Shown piece by piece: positions 47,513 through 55,620 of a DNA stretch of 56,944 nucleotides; position 1 is the first letter of the stretch; every line of letters begins with the position of its first letter. The notes under the pieces are model-generated. The model was not told the DNA's origin. It made no database searches and saw only the letters and a program-made list of their open reading frames with translations. Origin of the DNA: a virus (taxonomy: Duplodnaviria; Caudoviricetes); IMG/VR virus record IMGVR_UViG_3300030376_003596, positions 1 to 56,944 of that record. The stretch is one strand, 5' to 3'. The translations under genes were made by a program, and so were the position numbers.

Positions 47513-47917
47513 ATGAAAAACGTAAAATTAAATGCAATTGATTTAGTCCACATTAAAATATGCATGGAAGAATCCATAAAGAGTGTACCTAATTCAACAC
47601 TCAATAAAGATTATGAGAAAACATTGGAGAAAGTAAACGCACTTATTGAAGTTAGGACAATTGAGTTAATTCTTGCATCAAGAATAGAGGAGATAAAACT
47701 TATGGATATTGCAATGGTATTAGATATTCATGGTAGGAAAAGTAATAATATCCATGGTTTAGATTACTATTATGGAGAGAATTCTATTTGTGCATACGTT
47801 CCTAAATCAAACACGATAGCGTACACTTGGGAAAATGCTCAAGACTTTATGAAGTCTCACAATATGAGTTTAGTTGAAGACTTAAAAGAGTTTAATCCAA
47901 GAGAGTATATGAAATAA
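47513..47917 (+). CDS. Hypothetical early protein
   Basis: AAAACT-ATG context, packed ORF. Confidence 0.7.
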   Translation: MKNVKLNAIDLVHIKICMEESIKSVPNSTLNKDYEKTLEKVNALIEVRTIELILASRIEEIKLMDIAMVLDIHGRKSNNIHGLDYYYGENSICAYVPKSNTIAYTWENAQDFMKSHNMSLVEDLKEFNPREYMK

Positions 47918-47920
47918 ACC

Positions 47921-47973
47921 ACCTCACTTCAAGTAGCCCAATTCTTTCGAGTCTTGGGCTTTTGGAGGTATAA
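47921..47973 (+). promoter_or_regulatory. Conserved intergenic stem-loop 1
   Basis: ACCTCACTTCAAGT-AGCCCAA..TTGGGCT-TTTGGAGGTATAAA. Confidence 0.7.
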
Positions 47974-47992
47974 ACAATTAAATTTTAAACAT

Positions 47993-48154
47993 ATGACAAA
48001 AGAACAATTAAAAGATTTCCAATCGTGGATAAACGATGGTAACGCATTTGAAACACGCCAAGGCGTATGGGTTGAGCAAACCACCCAATGGAGAAAGGAG
48101 TTCACTCTTGATTCATTAAAGGCTTTTTTTACTAACGAATACCTAAATAATTAA
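47993..48154 (+). CDS. Hypothetical early protein
   Basis: ATG 47993 after TTTTAAACAT. Confidence 0.65.
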   Translation: MTKEQLKDFQSWINDGNAFETRQGVWVEQTTQWRKEFTLDSLKAFFTNEYLNN

Positions 48155-48158
48155 AACT

Positions 48159-48473
48159 ATGAGAAAAATAGAAGAAACGTACTTCAATGGAAGACAAAGT
48201 GTAGAGTTCAAGGGAATCTACAATCACGATGGTAACAAGATTAAAATCCACATCGACATCGATAGCGTTGGATTCCAATCAAGTGCAAGATGTTATGTAT
48301 TCAACAAACAAGAGTTGAAGTGGAACAATTTGGATTCAATCCATCACTCAAATATGAAGAGCAAAGCTGTTTTTGCTTATCGTAAATTTTATGAGTTATC
48401 GTACTCTGAAATAGATGCAATCGAGAATGATGTGAAGACTCTAAAAAAGAAAGCAAAGCAGATTTTGGATTAG
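48159..48473 (+). CDS. Hypothetical early protein
   Basis: Packed ORF, AAAACT-ATG. Confidence 0.7.
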   Translation: MRKIEETYFNGRQSVEFKGIYNHDGNKIKIHIDIDSVGFQSSARCYVFNKQELKWNNLDSIHHSNMKSKAVFAYRKFYELSYSEIDAIENDVKTLKKKAKQILD

Positions 48474-48479
48474 AAACCA

Positions 48480-48534
48480 ACCTCACTCCAAGTGCCTCCC
48501 CTCGTTAGTTCGTTGGGAGGTTTTGGAGGTATAA
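48480..48534 (+). promoter_or_regulatory. Conserved intergenic stem-loop 2
   Basis: ACCTCACTCCAAGT-GCCTCCC..GGGAGGT-TTTGGAGGTATAAA. Confidence 0.7.
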
Positions 48535-48545
48535 AATTTAAAACT

Positions 48546-48950
48546 ATGAAAAGAACATTTAAAGTAATCGAGGGTAAGTCAACATCGGAGTTATGTTTTA
48601 CCTTACAAAGCAATCGACCATTTATGATTGATGGAATCCAATCAGATTATCAAGGAGAATCAGAGCATGAAATGATGTTTTATGGGATGCCAAGAATCGA
48701 CATTCTAAAAAAGGATGTGACTATAATTAACGATGACATTTTCACTAAAAATCTAAAGGAGAAAAAGGCTCATTTAAGAGGCTTACAACACCTCAATGAC
48801 ATATGGATTGAAAATGATTTCAAGGCTATGAACAAATCAGTTGTTAATGAGATTAACGAACTATTAAGTGAGATTGAGGATTTGCATTTTGATACCAATG
48901 AGAACAAAGTGTGCAAGAAAGTATATGACATTATAAACTACATAAAATAA
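48546..48950 (+). CDS. Hypothetical early protein
   Basis: ATG 48546 after TTTAAAACT. Confidence 0.65.
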   Translation: MKRTFKVIEGKSTSELCFTLQSNRPFMIDGIQSDYQGESEHEMMFYGMPRIDILKKDVTIINDDIFTKNLKEKKAHLRGLQHLNDIWIENDFKAMNKSVVNEINELLSEIEDLHFDTNENKVCKKVYDIINYIK

Positions 48951-48955
48951 ATCAA

Positions 48956-49162
48956 ATGAAAAAAGAAAATCAAATCAGAAGTAAGTTGTTAGAAATTATA
49001 ACTAAAGATGGAGTGGAATGGAAAGTTATAGTTGAGGAAATAAAAAAAGTAACAACTATTAAAAATTGGTTGTTAGTTAGAGGCATAATTCAACAGTTAA
49101 AAAACGAAAAGATTATTGCAAGGACTAATAATGTTTGGGAAGAAGTTTATATAAAATTATAG
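48956..49162 (+). CDS. Small protein, possibly winged-helix
   Basis: Helix-helix-helix-beta hairpin pattern (VRGIIQQLKNEKIIAR..EVYIKL). Confidence 0.55.
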   Translation: MKKENQIRSKLLEIITKDGVEWKVIVEEIKKVTTIKNWLLVRGIIQQLKNEKIIARTNNVWEEVYIKL

Positions 49163-49224
49163 GCATTCTGATGATGGATTGAGTATCCGAAACATTAATG
49201 TTGTGAAACATGGATGTCAATGTC
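49162..49224 (+). ncRNA. Hammerhead ribozyme (type I)
   Basis: Stem I GGCATT/AATGTC; core CTGATGA; stem II GGAT-tgagt-ATCC; GAAA; stem III CAT/ATG with GTGA-capped hairpin; cleavage triplet GTC (cut after 49218). Confidence 0.85.
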
Positions 49225-49243
49225 AAATTTAAAACATATAAAA

Positions 49244-49675
49244 ATGAGCAAAAATGAAATGGGTTATCACACCCCAAAAGTGACTACAGAGGTTTCAAAA
49301 AGATTATTGGAAGCCAACATCAAAACAATTGATTTATCATGGCATAATGACGAGGGCGATAGCCTTGGAATTGATGGATGGTATAATGAGCAAACTGATA
49401 GTTCGGATGGTTCTATTTGGATTCCATATGAAGAATGGACAAAGTTTAGCATTGTAACTAACGGTAACCACGACAACTACAAAACAATTGAATTCGATAC
49501 GATTGAGGAAGTTATTAACTATATCAAGCGTAGAGAACTTATTAACACAATTAAAAATAGTTCAACTATTAAAACAATGTGGTTAGAGTCAGAAGTGGAG
49601 AATGTTTCCAACTTACCAACAAATGTATTGGAAGAGATAGTAGAAGAGTTAAACGAAATAATTAAAAATAAATAG
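49244..49675 (+). CDS. Hypothetical early protein
   Basis: ATG 49244 in A-rich context; DLSWHND motif. Confidence 0.65.
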   Translation: MSKNEMGYHTPKVTTEVSKRLLEANIKTIDLSWHNDEGDSLGIDGWYNEQTDSSDGSIWIPYEEWTKFSIVTNGNHDNYKTIEFDTIEEVINYIKRRELINTIKNSSTIKTMWLESEVENVSNLPTNVLEEIVEELNEIIKNK

Positions 49676-49677
49676 TT

Positions 49678-50178
49678 ATGACAACAAAAATAGAGGTAAA
49701 GTACAACAAACCAAACGATAGAATTGTGTACAAAGAATACGACAATGATGGGTGCATTGTAGGGTTAAATTTCATGCAAGGAGATGACTTGGAACACTTT
49801 AAAAAAGAGTACATGAAAAGCGATCAAAAACTTTTTGAGTACGCATTGAATCATCAAGTCGTAAGTGAGTTATATCTCGACACTCAAAAGGATGGAGAAC
49901 ATAGAATAGCATCATGGATAACTGATGATATGTTACACAAAATATTTTGGGATTTTGCAACCCCATTTGAGAGTGCGATGGATGGCATCAAATACTTGCG
50001 TGAGGAACTTGGATATAGAATATTTATGTTCAAAGATACTGATGTATTAAGAAGAAAAGACACCTTGGATGAGGAGCAATGTGAGGATGTATTGGATGAG
50101 GTTGAGTCAATGATGGAAGACTCTTTAAAGAGTAACGTTGACTTTGTTCTTGAGGCGAAAGGATACGATGAAGAGTAG
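49678..50178 (+). CDS. Hypothetical acidic early protein
   Basis: Packed ORF. Confidence 0.7.
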   Translation: MTTKIEVKYNKPNDRIVYKEYDNDGCIVGLNFMQGDDLEHFKKEYMKSDQKLFEYALNHQVVSELYLDTQKDGEHRIASWITDDMLHKIFWDFATPFESAMDGIKYLREELGYRIFMFKDTDVLRRKDTLDEEQCEDVLDEVESMMEDSLKSNVDFVLEAKGYDEE

Positions 50179-50186
50179 GTAAGAAA

Positions 50187-50240
50187 GTCTCCAGCAGAGC
50201 CTCCCTTAATTAGTTTTAAGGGGGGATTTGTGGGATAAAA
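50187..50240 (+). promoter_or_regulatory. Intergenic stem-loop 3
   Basis: CCAGCAGA-GCCTCCCTTAA-ttagtt-TTAAGGGGGGA-TTTGTGG long bulged hairpin before A-rich start. Confidence 0.55.
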
Positions 50241-50250
50241 ACATAAACAT

Positions 50251-50469
50251 ATGAGAACAATGAAACAATTTACAGAGCATGAGATTAAGAAATCTTATCC
50301 TAACATTTACAAGGCATTACTGCCACGAATCAAGGCATTAGTTGTGCCATTAGAAGAAGAGTTTAACAAAGTAAAATGGCTAACATTTGAGTCTTATTTT
50401 ACACAACTAAAAGCGTCTGATGGAACGTATGGAGATACCATCACAATGTTCATATTACAAAACAAATAG
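50251..50469 (+). CDS. Hypothetical early protein
   Basis: AAACAT-ATG context. Confidence 0.65.
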   Translation: MRTMKQFTEHEIKKSYPNIYKALLPRIKALVVPLEEEFNKVKWLTFESYFTQLKASDGTYGDTITMFILQNK

Positions 50470-50470
50470 A

Positions 50471-50860
50471 ATGAAAAGAAGTATATATGTATTCATAACC
50501 CCACTCGGAAACGAGTGGGTTACCTCTAAAAAGTTTAAGACAAAAGAGGAAGAGTTTTCCTGGACTTCTAGGATTATCAAAGAAAAAGGATATGATTTGG
50601 ATGAGGTTTTTGATGCTATACCAAGTAGGTATGGACTAAAAAAAGGAGAGGTAAAAGTGGGAATGAAAGTGAGGTATAAAATAGACCACTCCATGTACGA
50701 ATGGGACAACCATAATATGTACAATCCCGATCAAAGAGTTGAAGAAAAAGTAGATGATAATGACGAGGTTTTTAAGTTAAGCAATGGCATAATTGCACGA
50801 TGGGATGGAACACACTTCATAGTTGGAAACAAGGAAACCATATTGGAAACTGCCGATTAG
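50471..50860 (+). CDS. Hypothetical early protein
   Basis: ATG two nt after upstream stop. Confidence 0.6.
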   Translation: MKRSIYVFITPLGNEWVTSKKFKTKEEEFSWTSRIIKEKGYDLDEVFDAIPSRYGLKKGEVKVGMKVRYKIDHSMYEWDNHNMYNPDQRVEEKVDDNDEVFKLSNGIIARWDGTHFIVGNKETILETAD

Positions 50861-50913
50861 GAATTGTAAAATATTATATTTAAATTCGTAAAATAAAATA
50901 AAATTTAAAACAA

Positions 50914-51117
50914 ATGAGTGTACAAGAATTAACTAAAGATGTGGTAGTCTATAGCCACGACAACAGCAAAGTATATTATAATCAAGGTAAAGAAACCATT
51001 TTCTATGTGGCAACAACCAAGTGGGGTACGAGATACTTTCATTGGGAGAACATGAATGAAATGAGTGAACTTGAGTTTGATATATTAATCAATCATTATA
51101 CAATTAAGGAGGCATGA
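50914..51117 (+). CDS. Hypothetical protein
   Basis: A-rich start; ATGA overlap with methyltransferase. Confidence 0.6.
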   Translation: MSVQELTKDVVVYSHDNSKVYYNQGKETIFYVATTKWGTRYFHWENMNEMSELEFDILINHYTIKEA

Positions 51118-52325
51118 TAAAAGTAGGAAGTGATTTTTCAGGAGTAGGTGCGTTTGACCAAGCGTTACATAGATTAGGCATTGCATACCAAACAATTTTT
51201 GCTTGTGACATGGACAAGTATGCAAGGGAAACTTATGTGGAGAACTATGGAGAACCCACCTACTTTCCTACTGATGTATACGAAAGGGAAATACCAAAAG
51301 AGAGTTTAGATATCTATATGACATCTCCTCCTTGTCAAGCATTCTCAATGGCGGGAAAACGCCTTGGAAAAAAAGACAAGAGGGGAATATTATTTTTTAA
51401 TAGCCATGAGTTTATCAAAGAGAACAAGCCACGCTTTTTTATTTTTGAAAATGTGAGGGGTTTACTTTCAGATGACAAGGGAAATACTTTCCAGGAATGG
51501 ATAAACTTATTAGGAGGTAAGTCAATAAATGGTTTACCAATTTTATTTCCTCAAGAAGATAGTGTTCCTTACCATATATATTATAAGGTATTGAATTCAA
51601 AAAAGGTGGCGAATGTTCCACAAAATAGAGATAGGGTTTTCATTATAGGAATAAGAGATGATGTGGATAATAGCTTCACATTTCCAAAAGACAAACCACT
51701 AACAAAAAAATTAGCAGATGTATTGGAAGAAGCTGTGGACGATAAGTATTTTTTAAGCACTAAACTTGTCAATACATTTATCACAAGACCTCAAGCAAAA
51801 GATTATAAGTTTACTCCTTTAGTAGAAGAGAGTGAATCATCGCCTACAGTATTAGCAAGGTACTATAAATGTGGACCTACTGATCCATATTTGGAGGTAA
51901 AATCTGCTACAAAAAAGGGGTACGAAATTGCAAAAGAGGGAGACTCAATCAACATAACAATACCTACATCAGAAACAAGGAGAGGACGAGTAGGTAAGGG
52001 AGTTGCTCAAACATTAGACACAGGTTGCAACCAAGCGACATGGATAGCAGACTACCGAAACGATGAGGGTTTACGAATAAGAAAGGATAACATTAGTCCA
52101 TGCATGACAAGTCGTAGACATTCAGAAACAGACATCTCTACTATGCCTGCTTTGGTAGGAAGTAAAACAAATGTAAGAAGACTAACACCAAGAGAATGTT
52201 TTAGGTTGATGGATTTCCCGGAAACTTTTACCTGGAAGTGTAGCGATACTCAAGCGTATCGTCAAGCGGGAAATAGCATTGTGGTTGGTGTATTATGTGA
52301 GATAATAAAAAAGTTTAAACTATGA
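51114..52325 (+). CDS. C5-cytosine DNA methyltransferase (orphan)
   Basis: Motifs I FSGVG, IV SPPCQ, VI ENV, VIII QNRDR, IX RRLTPREC, X GNS. Confidence 0.95.
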   Translation: MIKVGSDFSGVGAFDQALHRLGIAYQTIFACDMDKYARETYVENYGEPTYFPTDVYEREIPKESLDIYMTSPPCQAFSMAGKRLGKKDKRGILFFNSHEFIKENKPRFFIFENVRGLLSDDKGNTFQEWINLLGGKSINGLPILFPQEDSVPYHIYYKVLNSKKVANVPQNRDRVFIIGIRDDVDNSFTFPKDKPLTKKLADVLEEAVDDKYFLSTKLVNTFITRPQAKDYKFTPLVEESESSPTVLARYYKCGPTDPYLEVKSATKKGYEIAKEGDSINITIPTSETRRGRVGKGVAQTLDTGCNQATWIADYRNDEGLRIRKDNISPCMTSRRHSETDISTMPALVGSKTNVRRLTPRECFRLMDFPETFTWKCSDTQAYRQAGNSIVVGVLCEIIKKFKL

Positions 52326-52483
52326 GCAGATACAAAACAATATTCAGATTAAACATATTCAAATACAAAATAAGAATTTATAAATTAAGATAAGATGAAA
52401 GCAACTAACATCGCAGATTGGGTAGAGTATTGGGACAGCTTTGACTGTGCCTTATATATTAAATATTTAAAAGCAATAAGGTC

Positions 52484-52702
52484 ATGAATCAAAAGCAACT
52501 AATCCAGGAACTGTTTCGCATTCAAAAACAATTGAATGACCACATCAGAAATGGCAGCACAAGACAAGACAAAATACTCTACAGTACAAATCAGGACTAC
52601 CTTTACAAGAAGGCATCTCAAAATTATTTAGGACTGTGTAAAGCAAAACAATTGGTAGAAGATTTAAGATTATCAATTGAGAAACATGGCTTGGATAAAT
52701 GA
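52484..52702 (+). CDS. Hypothetical protein
   Basis: Packed ORF among several short ORFs. Confidence 0.55.
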   Translation: MNQKQLIQELFRIQKQLNDHIRNGSTRQDKILYSTNQDYLYKKASQNYLGLCKAKQLVEDLRLSIEKHGLDK

Positions 52703-52967
52703 AAATATTTTACTATTTTTAAACAAATATTAGCATGAAATTTAATAATATTTTTAATAAAATTTTACGAGAAAAAATGAAAGGTACACCCAATAGAAAG
52801 TACATTCAAAAACTACAACACCAGGTTGATAAACTATTAAATAATGAAAAGAACAAAGGACATCTTTCTCGAACAAAGAGAAAAAGAAACGATGGAGGGG
52901 AGGTTTGATAACCTCAACCATCAATTAAATCAAGAACATTTATACCAACAACTTAAATTTAAAACAA

Positions 52968-53276
52968 ATGAAATACGTCTTCAACAAAACTCTAAAAAAA
53001 GTAAGTGATTTCTATGGCATAGAGCAGGAGGAATTGTTTGAAAAAAATAAGAAGCAATTGATTGCAGACTCAAGACATTTGGTCTACTACATCTGCTTAC
53101 AATCTCCAAACTTTAAGGTAAGTTACATTCAAAAATACATGGGCGAAAGGGGATACCATGCTGACCATGCAGAGATTATCTATGGAAAAAAGAAATGGAT
53201 TGATTGGATGAGCAACCACCACCCGGATAGTCAAAACAAATTAGCAGAACTAACCCAAGAATGTATAGACTTTTAG
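52968..53276 (+). CDS. DnaA domain-IV-like helix-turn-helix protein
   Basis: VSDFYGI..EEL..K.K...IADSRHLVYY..DHAEIIYG resembles the DnaA C-terminal pattern. Confidence 0.65.
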   Translation: MKYVFNKTLKKVSDFYGIEQEELFEKNKKQLIADSRHLVYYICLQSPNFKVSYIQKYMGERGYHADHAEIIYGKKKWIDWMSNHHPDSQNKLAELTQECIDF

Positions 53277-53680
53277 ATGTATATTACCAAGCAGCAACCG
53301 ATGAAGTGAGCATCAAAGTAGATGGTCCAGGTTATGTTGGTAGGCTACGTCAAGGGATAAAGATAACCAAAGAAGAAAACATAGTGAACATATTCAATAC
53401 AACTAAAGGAGTGTTTTATCGTGAGATAAGCACAACAGATTACCAAACTTTTATGGAGTATGGATGGGTGGTTGGTATATATAAGATGTCATTATCAAAT
53501 AAGAAAAGAAAACTTGGACTAATTGAAAGTAAAATTAGATCAGAAGTTAACAGCAGAAAGAATGACAAACATATCAAGTCACTAAAGAAATCTCGAACAG
53601 AGATATTAAAAGAGTACAATACAATAAGAAAAAAGTTAAATCAATTATTAATTAAATCAAATACAAATGGCAACAACTAA
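53261..53680 (+). CDS. Hypothetical protein
   Basis: Overlaps both neighbours; basic coiled-coil C-terminus. Confidence 0.6.
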   Translation: MYRLLDVYYQAATDEVSIKVDGPGYVGRLRQGIKITKEENIVNIFNTTKGVFYREISTTDYQTFMEYGWVVGIYKMSLSNKKRKLGLIESKIRSEVNSRKNDKHIKSLKKSRTEILKEYNTIRKKLNQLLIKSNTNGNN

Positions 53681-54287
53681 ATCAGTATTTGCTACCTTGA
53701 GTAGCATCGCAGTAAAGGACAAAGTAGAAAAGAAAGGTGGATTAGATTATCTATCCTGGGCAAACGCTTGGTCTCTATTAAAAACAAAGTATCCAACAGC
53801 ACAAAGAGTAATCTATGAGCACGACCACACAGGCTTAAACTATTTTACCGATGGCAACACAGCTTATGTAAAGATTGGTATCATTGTAAATGACATTGAG
53901 CATATAGATATGCTACCCATTATGGACTTTAGAAACAGAGCAATTCACATAGACAAGATAACATCTTTTGATGTAATCAAAACAATCCAAAGGTCAACAG
54001 CAAAGGCAATAGCTATGCATGGATTAGGATTAAGTTTATGGACAGGAGAAGATGTACCCACACCAACTACTGCTCCAGCAAAGGAAGAGAGTGGATTAAT
54101 AAAGTTAACCAAGACTCATCCTAATTTTAAGAAAGTAAAGTTATGGATAGAGAAGAATCCTAAACACTCCTTTGAGGAAGTAATGACACAACTGAGTAAA
54201 GGGTATACTAAAGAAAGTTTAAATTCAAAATCAATTAGTGCAGAGATAGATAGATTAGTAAGTGCTAACCAAAAAAATAATAAGTAA
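53667..54287 (+). CDS. Sak3/DUF1071-like single-strand annealing protein
   Basis: VEKKGGLDYLSWANAW..LPIMDFRN..IQRSTAKAIAMHGLGLSLWTGED. Confidence 0.85.
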   Translation: MATTKSVFATLSSIAVKDKVEKKGGLDYLSWANAWSLLKTKYPTAQRVIYEHDHTGLNYFTDGNTAYVKIGIIVNDIEHIDMLPIMDFRNRAIHIDKITSFDVIKTIQRSTAKAIAMHGLGLSLWTGEDVPTPTTAPAKEESGLIKLTKTHPNFKKVKLWIEKNPKHSFEEVMTQLSKGYTKESLNSKSISAEIDRLVSANQKNNK

Positions 54288-55039
54288 TGACAAAGACAAA
54301 GGACATCATTGAGTCATTAAAAGATGACACGCTATACTATGGAGACTTTGGTAAGCAATACCTCAGCAACTCAGACATAGATAAACTACTGAACAACCCT
54401 AAACAATTTAGGCAACCTGATACACATGATACCAATAGATTAACTGCGTTTGCTTTTGGTAGATACTTTCATCATTCATTTTTAGAGCCGGACAAAGCAA
54501 TGCAGACTCTATGTGTGGATGTAGCTTCTAGAAATTCAAAAGCATATAAAGAGTTTCTTTTGAGTAACCAAGTGGACCACGCTTTATTAGGTAAAGAATG
54601 TACGCAAGTGGTTGAACTTGTGGAGGAGGTCAACAGTAAATACGAATGCTTTGATTTGATCCATGCAGATGGTAACGTATACGAGCAACCAGGAATAAAA
54701 GAAATCAAAGGTCAGATGTGGAAAGGCAAAGCTGATATCATTACTGATGAGTTTATTGTAGACCTAAAGACCACATCAAAGATAACTGATTTCTATTGGT
54801 CAGCAAGGAAGTTTAATTACGACAGTCAAGCATACATATACCAAGAGATATTTGGTAAGCCAATGAAGTTTATTGTAGTGGATAAGATTACAAAGATGGT
54901 AGGTGTGTTTGATGTAACTGAAGAGGCACTACAAAGAGGGGAAGAGAAAGTGGAGAGAGCGATTGAAGTGTATCATAAATTCTTTGGAGAAAATCCAACT
55001 GAAGAGATAAGTAACTATATTATTAGAGGTAATATATAA
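54287..55039 (+). CDS. RecE-like PD-(D/E)XK exonuclease (DUF3799-like)
   Basis: LSNSDI..FGRYFH..LEP..KGKADI..VDLKTT..YDSQAYIY. Confidence 0.8.
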   Translation: MTKTKDIIESLKDDTLYYGDFGKQYLSNSDIDKLLNNPKQFRQPDTHDTNRLTAFAFGRYFHHSFLEPDKAMQTLCVDVASRNSKAYKEFLLSNQVDHALLGKECTQVVELVEEVNSKYECFDLIHADGNVYEQPGIKEIKGQMWKGKADIITDEFIVDLKTTSKITDFYWSARKFNYDSQAYIYQEIFGKPMKFIVVDKITKMVGVFDVTEEALQRGEEKVERAIEVYHKFFGENPTEEISNYIIRGNI

Positions 55040-55040
55040 G

Positions 55041-55119
55041 AATATAGGGGTAGTGTTTATGTCCTACTCTACTCCTGTGTTATGTTTAATTTTTAGGACA
55101 CATAAATATATATAAACAT
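55041..55119 (+). promoter_or_regulatory. Predicted H-type pseudoknot in the ssb leader
   Basis: 13-bp stem 55041-55053/55069-55081; loop TGTCCTA (55060-55066) complementary to TAGGACA (55094-55100). Confidence 0.55.
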
Positions 55120-55408
55120 GGAAGAAAATGTTTTTGTAGAGGGTTTAAGAACCTGGAATCCACACCCGAATGCTCCTGACTTTGTGAAGTATGAGGTTGA
55201 AGTAACAGACATGGAAGAGTTTGTTACATTTTTAAAACAAAATGCCAAGAAAAGAAAGGATGGCAAGTATGGTATGAGATGGACAATTAAGATTGCAAAG
55301 TCTACACAAAATCCATACAATGCACTCAATACTTTTGAGCCAAAGCCACAGGCAGAGAGTAAACCAACGCCAAAAAAAGAAGTAGAGAAGGATGAGTTAC
55401 CATTCTAA
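55118..55408 (+). CDS. ssb: Single-stranded DNA-binding protein
   Basis: APDFV motif and acidic C-terminal DELPF tail; located in annealase-exonuclease module. Confidence 0.7.
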   Translation: MEENVFVEGLRTWNPHPNAPDFVKYEVEVTDMEEFVTFLKQNAKKRKDGKYGMRWTIKIAKSTQNPYNALNTFEPKPQAESKPTPKKEVEKDELPF

Positions 55409-55427
55409 TATTTCTTGTAAGTTAAAT

Positions 55428-55454
55428 GGAGGGGATAACTGTCCCCTCTTTTTT
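55428..55454 (+). terminator. Rho-independent terminator after ssb
   Basis: GGAGGGGAT-aact-GTCCCCTCT plus T-run. Confidence 0.8.
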
Positions 55455-55458
55455 GCTG

Positions 55459-55620
55459 TGTCGAATGACAATTTTAATCTCTATATTATATATATATATT
55501 TATATATATTTTTTTATTTCTTTTATATAGAAGGAAAAATAAATAGCATTATCGACACCCCCCTTGATTATCAGTAAGTTAGGAATAAAAAATTGACATA
55601 AAAACGACATCGTTATGACA
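55459..55620. other. Origin-like element copy B
   Basis: TGTCGA, (TA)n tract, CATTATCGACAC, TGATTATCAGTAAGTTA, then GACA boxes at 55593, 55604 and 55615; directly upstream of primase. Confidence 0.65.

Noticed and set aside
54744-54770. Another CTGATGA, a possible second hammerhead
   Set aside because: Inside the exonuclease CDS; no stem II-GAAA or stem I partner
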